Assembly (NCBI GenBank): GCA_034660555.1
Contig: JAYEJL010000051.1
Location: 23,289-60,618, forward strand
Direction of reading: 5' to 3'
Length of the DNA stretch: 37,330 bases
DNA from: Thermotogota bacterium
GTDB taxonomy: Bacteria; Thermotogota; Thermotogae; Petrotogales; Kosmotogaceae
The position numbers and the translations under genes were made by a program. Numbering within the stretch: position 1 is the stretch's first letter; every line of letters starts with the position of its first letter. The notes under the pieces are model-generated. The model was not told where the DNA came from. It ran no database searches and saw nothing but the letters and a program-made list of their open reading frames with translations. Positions 29,681 through 37,330 of the stretch are shown piece by piece.

Positions 29681-32600
29681 GGTTCCACCACCTTTGCTGT
29701 TATAAATATCACCAGTTCTCTCTTGTCACTTGTTTTTGTTGTTGAAGTGAAGAACTTTCCTACAAAGGGTAGGTCTCCAAGAAAGGGCATTTTCGTTGTG
29801 TTGTCATTTTCCGTTTCCTTGACCAATCCTCCAATAGTTAATGTGTTGCCATCCTTTATGGTCAATTTAGTAGTAGCCTGTCGCGCATTTTCACCCCAGA
29901 AGAAATTCCCTTTAGACGTTTGATATTCTCTGGGTTCACTTACCTTGATATCAAGATCCAGGACTATCGTACCATCTGCATTAATTATTGGAGTAATCTT
30001 TAAATCCACTCCGCTTTTAAGGTAATCTACCTGTTGCTCGATTATTTCACCATCTTCAGTTCTAATAATCTCTGTCAACGGTATACTTTCACCAATATGT
30101 ATTTTTGCTTCTTCTCCACTCATTGCAACTACTGAGGGTTGTGCAATTATGTTATTAAGTGAGTTGTTATCTCTCAATTCAGCACTTATGCTAGCCCCAC
30201 CTGTTGTGAGCATTTTTTGGAGGAGTTTGTCAAATTCCACTGTATCGAGTAGTTTAAAAGAAAGTCCTATGGTATCACTATCAATAGATAACTTTGGTTC
30301 TCCGAAACTTACTTCAGCAGAAAGGTCTCTTATTGCGTCATCAAGCAAAGACTTATCAACCAGTCTCGTTTCTATTCTCACTTGTTTCTTCGGTGCGTTA
30401 ACTGTTTCTCCAACCTGTTCGAAAATTTCCTGAACCCTTGATTTGGTGATGTTCTTAACAACCAATATTCCGTTGGTTACATCAAGATGAACAGTAGCTC
30501 CGTAGAACTCGAGCAATTGTTTTATTTCCTCCTGGTTATGCTGAACCTTGTAGATCTGCTCTTCTGTGGCTGTCTCGGTGGGTTCGGTAACCTTATGCTT
30601 GTATATGTTGTATACCTTACCGATTTGTTCATATTTTACCGGTGTACTGGAAACAAGAGTATCCAAAAATTCTTCCCAGGTCACCTTACTGAGGAACATA
30701 GTAAAGCTAAGTTCCAGATCTTCCGAGAAGAGTATGGATTTGTCCAGCTTCGAAGCCACATGCATAACTACACTCTGCAGATCTTCATTTCTGACATTGA
30801 TAGATATCAGTTCATCTTCAAAAGAGATCTTTTTGTCAAGATCCTTTTCCAGTAATTCCTCGTGGAGATCTGTGATCTGTTCTTTTGCTTCTTCAAGTTT
30901 TTGTTTATCTTCTGATTTCAGGATAACCAGTTTCAGATTCTCCAGATAAGTGAACTCAATTTCAGGATAGGATGTCTTTATAAACCCTTCAAGTTCATCT
31001 GGACTCAATGTGATGTTCTTCAGGTATTCAGTAAATTGTTTTCTGTCCGTTTCTATACCCTCGAGGGCTTCGATCAGTCTCTCCAGATCTTTTTCCGGTC
31101 CTGTTAATAACCAGGAACCATCCAGTTCAACATAATTCACCGAAACACCAAGATTTCCAATTATGCTATCCAGCTTTTCGTTTTCTATATCAAGTTTATT
31201 TAATTTCTTATATGTGGTACTTCCTTCCTCTACAAGGAAAGCAAGCAATTCTTCCGCTGCCTTCAAATCTTCTTCAGTACCAAGACCTATCAATATAGTG
31301 TTGTAATTGAAGATTTCCTTTAGTTTCACATCTGCAGCTTCCAGATATTCCTTTATGCTCTCTACGTCCCAACCGGAAACAGATGGCAATCGTGATGTTT
31401 CCAGTTCTGCCATATCGGTTATTTGTGATCTAAACTGCGAAGATATATCTCTTATAGCCAGTGAAGTGGTTTCAACTTCTCCCGCATTACCAATAAGCAA
31501 TACTTTGTTGTCAAGTACAACGTTCGTAAGTTCAAGACCCAATCCATTTATTATCTCCTGAATTCTTTCTGAGTCAAGTGCTTCGGGTACGTCTACCACA
31601 TCATACTTGATTTCAGCACCAATCTCTATGGTACTGCCAATAATTTCCTTCAAAAGATTTACATTTTCTTCGTTACCAATTGCAACTACATTACCACCAC
31701 TAGTTGGAATTAATGAGACACTCAAAGAAAGCTGCGAAATTATCTCTTCCAGCGAATCCACAGAGAACTTTGAAGACAATTCGATAATTTCGTAGTAACC
31801 TCTGCTGCTGGTAGCGAGATAATCTATAGACTCTGAGGCTCTTTCCAGCATTGCTTTGGTTCCTATGGCGAGATAAGAATTCCCGATTTCAAAGAGCCCA
31901 TCAAGTGTTATCCCCTTTGTAATCAGGTAGTTTAGCATTGTTTCTGCCTGAACGCCCGGAATTTTCTGCAATAGCTGCATATCTTTGACAGATGTTACTT
32001 CCGCCGTTCCAGACAGTTTGGTAATGACCTCCTGAAGCTTACCGATTTCCCTCTCGGCTCCTGCTACGATTATCCTGTTACCTACTTCCTGGAAGGATAG
32101 TTTGAGATTCAACACATCTGAAATAGACTGCATATCCTGAAGTGTCATGTTATCAGGAATTTCTACAATCGAATATCTCATTTGTGTCCCATTAATTTGC
32201 TCTGTTTCTGTGGATGCAGTGGTTCTTTTCAGATGATCGAGCAAGTCTTGAGCGCTGTTCAAGGAAGTCGCATCACCTGTTAATACTGCAATGTCATCCA
32301 TCTGCATTACACTTACAGTGATATTTAATGATTCAAAAACACCTTCAAGTTTTTCTGAAACTATATTTTCAGGCAACTGGATAACAAGATATTCCCCGGT
32401 TTTATCTTTTACGGTTTCATCATCTACAGAAAACTCGCTTACGATATGTTCCAGTCGCTGGAGCTCGTTTTCTTCACCTATTAGCATGTATGAATTTCCG
32501 ATACTTATGATTTCAACGCCCAGCTTGAGATTATTTACAATTTCCTCAAGAATTGAGGTTGTTAACTGAGATGGTTTGGTTACTACTTTATAGCTGTAAA

Positions 32601-35600
32601 CTGTTTCACCTTTTCTATCGGACAGGTTATTCAATGTTGAAATCATTTTTTTAGCCTGAGTTATCGCTTCAGCTGTGCCTATAAGCAGTGCATTATTACC
32701 GATCTTTACCAGCTCAACATTTGTGTCAACCTTCCTCAACATGGTTTGCAATTCTTCAAATGTTGTATTTTCAGGTATTACAGAAAATGCATAACCCTTG
32801 TCTGTCTCTGGCTCAATCGTTTCTTCCTTCATTTTTTCCTGTTCTGAAAGGTCATCCATAAATGACTTCGCGCGTGCCAGATCAACTTTAATGCCTATCA
32901 ATACATAGGAACCATCAAACTCAACAGCCGTCACACCAAGTTTTAGCTTTTCAAAAAGATCATTAAGGATGGCTGCTTTTATTCCTGTTATGCTTTCTGT
33001 TACCTTATATTCCATATCTTCTGTTTCAATGGTTTTTAATCTTTCATTTAAGTTTTCAAGCTGTTTCAGGACATCAGCAGTTCCCACTGCTATATACTGA
33101 TTATCCACTCGCGAAATAGCCACATCAAGTTCCAGATTACTCACAAGTTCGGACATGCTTTCATAATCGAGCATGGATTCAAACACCAAAATTTCCTTTT
33201 TTACCTGTGTTGCTTCTTCTGTTTCTTCTTCACCCGGACCAAAGCTTTCGATTATTTGCTTTCCTCTTTTGATTTCTCCGGTTGTACCTATCAACACAAA
33301 TTTTCCGGAGATCTCCATGATATCCACTGACACACCAACTTTGTTCATTAGCTCCTGAAGTTCTGATATTGAAAGTGCCGACGCTTCCTCTATTAGCTGA
33401 TAATCAAGTTTTACAATTTCCTGAGGTTCTTTGCCCAATCTGATCATTGTAGCGATAACGTTTTGAACCTCGGCTATCTGATCATCAGTACCTATAATGA
33501 TGGCATCTTTTCCTGCTGGTGCCAGTTCAGCTTCCAGTTCTACCTTCATCAATATAGACTGTAGTTCATCTATCGTGGTCCCCTCTGGAATAGGAGTAAA
33601 TACATAACCTTTTTCAGGTTCAGGTTCTACCTGCTCTTCTTCTGCCTTTTCCTGCTTCCTGAGATCTTCTATGAACACCTCTGCCCTATCCAGATCTTCA
33701 GCAGTCCCTACCATCACTACCGTGTTCTCAAAACCCATTACTCCTATCTCAAGCTTTATCTTCTCGAATAACGTACCCAGCGCTTCTGCTGTAACCATTT
33801 CAGGTTTCTCCGTTATTCTGTATTCAAGTTCTACCTCTGTCGATTCTTCTGTTGGCTCAATAACCTTTAAGCGTTCCAACAATTCATCAAAATTATCCAG
33901 CGTTTCTTTGTCTCCAACCGCTACATATTGCGTTCCTATTGCCGATACTGCCATTTTCATGCCTATTTGATCGATCAGTTGCGTCAGCTCCGTTAACCCA
34001 ATCGCTGTATCAAAAAGCATTATCTCTTTCTCTGCTTCTTCTTCTACCTCTTTTCCCTCTTCATCAACTTCCGGTTTTAACATTTTTATAAGATTTTTTA
34101 TCTTATCTATCTCTGTTGAAGAACCAATCATGAGTAATTTGCCATCACTCTTAAGCAATTCGCCTTCAACCTTCAAGGAATCAAGAGCATCTTTTACAAC
34201 TGATATATCTATATCTGAGGGGTATGGAATAACATCGTATATCAACTTGGCTGTTTCAGGGCTTGTAAGCATTTCACGAAGGTTGGAGAGTATTTCGTTG
34301 GCCTTGGTAATATTCTCTGTAATTCCTGTAATTACCAGTGAGTCACCTGCAACTACAAGCTCTACATCAACTTTAAGTTTTCTAAGAACATTTCTTACCT
34401 CTTCCAGTGTTGTTTTTTCAGGAATAGATGTAAATATATATCCCTTTTCTGGTTCCGGAATAATCTCTTCTTCCTGTGATTCTTCCTGTTCCCTTAAATC
34501 TAAATCCTTCAAAAATACACGGGCTTTTACCAGATGCTCGCTACTACCTACTAAAACAAGCGTGCTGTCAAACTCTTGAATCTGCAAATCAAGATTTATT
34601 TTGCTAAATAATTCTTCTATCGTTTGCTGAGTTAAAGCTGAGGGTTTTTCGACAATAATATAACCTGCTGGTTTAGTTTCGTTATCCTCATCTGGTTCAA
34701 CTTTTTGTAGTTTTTCCAGAAGTCCTTCAAAACTGCTGAGTTCTTCTGGATAACCTACAGCAACAAACTGTGTACCAACAGCTGAAATACTGATATCCAT
34801 TTCTATCCTATCAATTAATTCTTTTAATTCAGTTAAACCTATTGATGTATCAAAAAGCAGGATTTCTTTCTTTCTCTCAATGGTTACCTCTGCGGCATCA
34901 CCAGTTATTTCTGGAGTAAATTCCTTAATTATCTCCATTCCATCATCGATATCCTGTTTATTACCAACAAGAACAATCTTACCGGTTATTTCCAGCAAAT
35001 TGAGTTCAAGTCCAACTGTATCAAATAATTCCTTAATCTCATTTAGTGTTAGATTTGTCGGTATGGTGATTATTTCGTAACTGTATCTTACGCCTTCCGT
35101 TCTTTCTCCAAAATCATACATGGTTGAAAGAACATTATTTAGAGAAGCTATTGAATCTTTTTCACCTATTACAAGAGCAGCAACACCTGTGGGGATGATA
35201 TCCGCTTTTATACCAATTCTTTCAGCAATAACTCTTAAGTCTTCAACATCAAATCCCTCAGGAATCTTTAATAGACTGTAAGAACTTTCGATGTCCTCGC
35301 CATCAGTTATTTCTTCAGCCCTGTATGATACCTTATCGAGCAGCTCTAATGCTTTTGAAATATCCGTTTCAGAACCTATCAATGCAAGATAGTCTCCAAC
35401 TGTTTTTATTGAAATACCAGCCTTAATGCCCACAAATATTTCGTTGAGTTCATCAACAGATGGCAGATTCTTATTCTTTATTAACCTGTATTCAAGTTTT
35501 TTCCCTTTTTCTGTCTGCAATTGTTCTACAACGTTCATGAAATAATCGAGGGTTTGAGAATCTCCGATAATTGCAATTTGATTGTCATAACTGTGGAAGC

Positions 35601-37330
35601 TCAGTCTCAATCCTAAATCATCAGCGATTACCGACAATGTTTCCTTTTCTATATCGGATTCAAGAAGCCTCACTTCTTTTGTTTTAATTGGTCGGGTACC
35701 ATCGGTTCCTTCCGCAGTAACCTCATTTATTATTGATTCGAGCGATGATATTGCATAATCATCACCATAGAACAGATATTTTTCTCCCGTTTCAAGCAAT
35801 TCAATATTGAGTCCAAGTGTATCAACAATATTCGTCAATTGCTCAAAGGGTAATTTCCTGTCTGCTACCTTAAGTTCTCCCCGTTCCTTCTTAATAATGT
35901 TTTCGTATAAAGCAATGAAATTCTCAACTTCTTCCTTGTTTCCAACTACAACAAGACTATTGGCTAGTTTTACAATGTATGCATCATAAGCCATATGACC
36001 GCTAAGTTCCTGTAAGTCTTCAATCCCTATATTTTCTTCAAGTGGCAAAATTCTGTACACGATATCTTCTGGTACATCTTCAGTAATCGGTTTTCTTTCC
36101 CTGACTGATTTCACAAGGTTCTTGGATTTCTCTATCTCATCTTTGGTTCCTATCGCAAGCACACCGCCTGGAGAATTGATCAATTCTACCCCAATACTCA
36201 ATTTCTCAAAAATTTGCTCCATGCTGCCAATATCCTGTTCATCTATGGATAAGAAATCGTATATTATTTTTTCTTTTTCATAATCCCCATCTTCTGAAAC
36301 ACTAACACCTGTATTAACTTCCTCTACAATTTCCTGCGCTTTTAACACCTGTTCTCTTGGCCCCAGGAAAATGAATTTTGATTCCACTGGAAGTATTTCT
36401 ATATTTATCCCCAAACTGCTAAACAATCTGGTAAGCTCGGAAATTGGTGGAATTTGTCTCACAACTGCATAATATGGATTCTGCATTTCTCTAATACGTT
36501 CTGCTTCTTTTTCAACAAGATCGATTGTTTTTTCGTTCCCAACAACAAGATAACCTGTGCCACTTTTAACGATTTTTATAGTGTTATATGCTTCATCACC
36601 GAGGAAATCCAACATATATGAACTAAATTTCTCATTATCCCAGGAAGGAATAAATGGGATCAATCGTGATGTTCTATTTGCCGAAATACTCTCTTCCTGC
36701 ATTCTCTGTTTCTCTTCAATTCTCGTGATTACAGTATCAAGCAAATCATTCACTTCGTTGAGACTGTTTGCTTCACCAAAAATTATTAAAAGCTCAGCTG
36801 ACGATACATAGGAATAAAGGATTTCATCAGAAAAGAATGAATCGAGAATCTGTTTCACGCCAGAATTAAAAATTGTTTGTTCAATCTGCTGGGTTTGCTG
36901 GATTCTTTCTTCGAAGAAGAAGTCCTCATATCTATTTAGTCTTTCAAGACCGCTCTCAAGCAGATCAGAAGGCGCAGAGATAAAAACAAGCTCGTTAGTT
37001 ATTTTTTCTATCGTATATGAATCACTGTCTAACCCTTCAGAACTAAAGAAATTAGTGAGAAATGTTCTTACACTTTCAAAGGCTTCTGCATTTCTCAGTT
37101 CTATAAAACGAGAATCCATCTTAGAAGAAGAACCACTAAACTGTGATATAAGGTATCTTGCAACCTCAATCTTATCTTTTCTTCCTTTAAGTATGTAACC
37201 CATTCTGCTTCCCAGAGGCTCTATAATTATCCCGGTCAGCCTTTCGACTTCTTCCATAATATTTTCATCGAGAACACCCACATCTTTTATCGTGTCGTAG
37301 CCAACCAGCTGGGCCTTTTTCTTCAAATCA
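29677..37330 (-). CDS. Giant secretin (GspD/PilQ family) with about 32 N-terminal tandem repeats; 5'-partial
   Basis: The C-terminal secretin core has QVRIETRLV, PSVVAMSGEEAKIHIGESIP, SGVDLKITPIIN.DG.I, IKDGNTLTIGGL, KMPFLGDLPFVGKFF and ELVIFIT. The frame is open to the right edge, and there is no signal peptide at the track start. Confidence 0.9.
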   Translation of the reverse strand, partial: DLKKKAQLVGYDTIKDVGVLDENIMEEVERLTGIIIEPLGSRMGYILKGRKDKIEVARYLISQFSGSSSKMDSRFIELRNAEAFESVRTFLTNFFSSEGLDSDSYTIEKITNELVFISAPSDLLESGLERLNRYEDFFFEERIQQTQQIEQTIFNSGVKQILDSFFSDEILYSYVSSAELLIIFGEANSLNEVNDLLDTVITRIEEKQRMQEESISANRTSRLIPFIPSWDNEKFSSYMLDFLGDEAYNTIKIVKSGTGYLVVGNEKTIDLVEKEAERIREMQNPYYAVVRQIPPISELTRLFSSLGINIEILPVESKFIFLGPREQVLKAQEIVEEVNTGVSVSEDGDYEKEKIIYDFLSIDEQDIGSMEQIFEKLSIGVELINSPGGVLAIGTKDEIEKSKNLVKSVRERKPITEDVPEDIVYRILPLEENIGIEDLQELSGHMAYDAYIVKLANSLVVVGNKEEVENFIALYENIIKKERGELKVADRKLPFEQLTNIVDTLGLNIELLETGEKYLFYGDDYAISSLESIINEVTAEGTDGTRPIKTKEVRLLESDIEKETLSVIADDLGLRLSFHSYDNQIAIIGDSQTLDYFMNVVEQLQTEKGKKLEYRLIKNKNLPSVDELNEIFVGIKAGISIKTVGDYLALIGSETDISKALELLDKVSYRAEEITDGEDIESSYSLLKIPEGFDVEDLRVIAERIGIKADIIPTGVAALVIGEKDSIASLNNVLSTMYDFGERTEGVRYSYEIITIPTNLTLNEIKELFDTVGLELNLLEITGKIVLVGNKQDIDDGMEIIKEFTPEITGDAAEVTIERKKEILLFDTSIGLTELKELIDRIEMDISISAVGTQFVAVGYPEELSSFEGLLEKLQKVEPDEDNETKPAGYIIVEKPSALTQQTIEELFSKINLDLQIQEFDSTLVLVGSSEHLVKARVFLKDLDLREQEESQEEEIIPEPEKGYIFTSIPEKTTLEEVRNVLRKLKVDVELVVAGDSLVITGITENITKANEILSNLREMLTSPETAKLIYDVIPYPSDIDISVVKDALDSLKVEGELLKSDGKLLMIGSSTEIDKIKNLIKMLKPEVDEEGKEVEEEAEKEIMLFDTAIGLTELTQLIDQIGMKMAVSAIGTQYVAVGDKETLDNFDELLERLKVIEPTEESTEVELEYRITEKPEMVTAEALGTLFEKIKLEIGVMGFENTVVMVGTAEDLDRAEVFIEDLRKQEKAEEEQVEPEPEKGYVFTPIPEGTTIDELQSILMKVELEAELAPAGKDAIIIGTDDQIAEVQNVIATMIRLGKEPQEIVKLDYQLIEEASALSISELQELMNKVGVSVDIMEISGKFVLIGTTGEIKRGKQIIESFGPGEEETEEATQVKKEILVFESMLDYESMSELVSNLELDVAISRVDNQYIAVGTADVLKQLENLNERLKTIETEDMEYKVTESITGIKAAILNDLFEKLKLGVTAVEFDGSYVLIGIKVDLARAKSFMDDLSEQEKMKEETIEPETDKGYAFSVIPENTTFEELQTMLRKVDTNVELVKIGNNALLIGTAEAITQAKKMISTLNNLSDRKGETVYSYKVVTKPSQLTTSILEEIVNNLKLGVEIISIGNSYMLIGEENELQRLEHIVSEFSVDDETVKDKTGEYLVIQLPENIVSEKLEGVFESLNITVSVMQMDDIAVLTGDATSLNSAQDLLDHLKRTTASTETEQINGTQMRYSIVEIPDNMTLQDMQSISDVLNLKLSFQEVGNRIIVAGAEREIGKLQEVITKLSGTAEVTSVKDMQLLQKIPGVQAETMLNYLITKGITLDGLFEIGNSYLAIGTKAMLERASESIDYLATSSRGYYEIIELSSKFSVDSLEEIISQLSLSVSLIPTSGGNVVAIGNEENVNLLKEIIGSTIEIGAEIKYDVVDVPEALDSERIQEIINGLGLELTNVVLDNKVLLIGNAGEVETTSLAIRDISSQFRSQITDMAELETSRLPSVSGWDVESIKEYLEAADVKLKEIFNYNTILIGLGTEEDLKAAEELLAFLVEEGSTTYKKLNKLDIENEKLDSIIGNLGVSVNYVELDGSWLLTGPEKDLERLIEALEGIETDRKQFTEYLKNITLSPDELEGFIKTSYPEIEFTYLENLKLVILKSEDKQKLEEAKEQITDLHEELLEKDLDKKISFEDELISINVRNEDLQSVVMHVASKLDKSILFSEDLELSFTMFLSKVTWEEFLDTLVSSTPVKYEQIGKVYNIYKHKVTEPTETATEEQIYKVQHNQEEIKQLLEFYGATVHLDVTNGILVVKNITKSRVQEIFEQVGETVNAPKKQVRIETRLVDKSLLDDAIRDLSAEVSFGEPKLSIDSDTIGLSFKLLDTVEFDKLLQKMLTTGGASISAELRDNNSLNNIIAQPSVVAMSGEEAKIHIGESIPLTEIIRTEDGEIIEQQVDYLKSGVDLKITPIINADGTIVLDLDIKVSEPREYQTSKGNFFWGENARQATTKLTIKDGNTLTIGGLVKETENDNTTKMPFLGDLPFVGKFFTSTTKTSDKRELVIFITAKVVEP
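30840..37330 (-). repeat. Intragenic tandem array of about 32 diverged ~60-75 aa (~200 nt) repeats
   Basis: By-eye consensus Y.h...P..h.h..h..hh..h.h.h.h...g..hhhhG....h..h..hh..h followed by an acidic linker; counted manually in the translation. Confidence 0.85.

Noticed and set aside
692..36811. Many short plus-strand ORFs (e.g. 14570..14956, 26478..27008, 34130..34579)
   Set aside because: They are antisense shadows of well-supported minus-strand genes, Ser/Phe/Ile-rich as expected from reverse-complemented codons, with no recognisable motifs.
37318..37330. TTG 37326 as the true start of the giant secretin
   Set aside because: The frame is open to the edge, there is no signal peptide, and the sequence begins within a repeat-like unit.
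30840..37330. Repeat array as a CRISPR array, mobile element or assembly duplication
   Set aside because: The repeats are highly diverged at the DNA level, in frame and protein-coding, with no identical direct repeats, spacers or transposase.

Overview
Core-genome window from a Thermotogota bacterium, probably Kosmotoga/Mesotoga-like. The placement is inferred from the 354-aa insertion-bearing NusG, the multi-insertion RpoC and the gene order. Almost everything is on the minus strand. Right to left: (1) a giant secretin gene (>2549 aa, open to the right edge) with about 32 tandem ~65-70 aa N-domain-like repeats in front of an N0-N3-secretin core, coupled to a MEMO1/AmmeMemoRadiSam-B gene; (2) a putative small outer-membrane beta-barrel gene, then rseC-mutS2-acpS-ligA-cysteine desulfurase; (3) yicC-remA-gmk-rpoZ-coaBC; (4) a consensus sigma70 promoter driving tRNA-Thr, tRNA-Tyr, rpmG, secE, nusG, rplKAJL and rpoBC, with L1-binding and L10-leader RNA elements and a terminator; (5) an M32 carboxypeptidase, then a DMT transporter, an OmpR-family regulator, a histidine kinase and an ICMT/PlsC fusion; (6) the 3' end of a Tex-like S1 gene on the plus strand. 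The most notable items are the giant repeat-expanded secretin, two lesions in the two-component system (an ATA start on the regulator and a T7 frameshift in the kinase), the methyltransferase-acyltransferase fusion, and Asn at the RpoB His526-equivalent site. No mobile elements or CRISPR arrays were seen.
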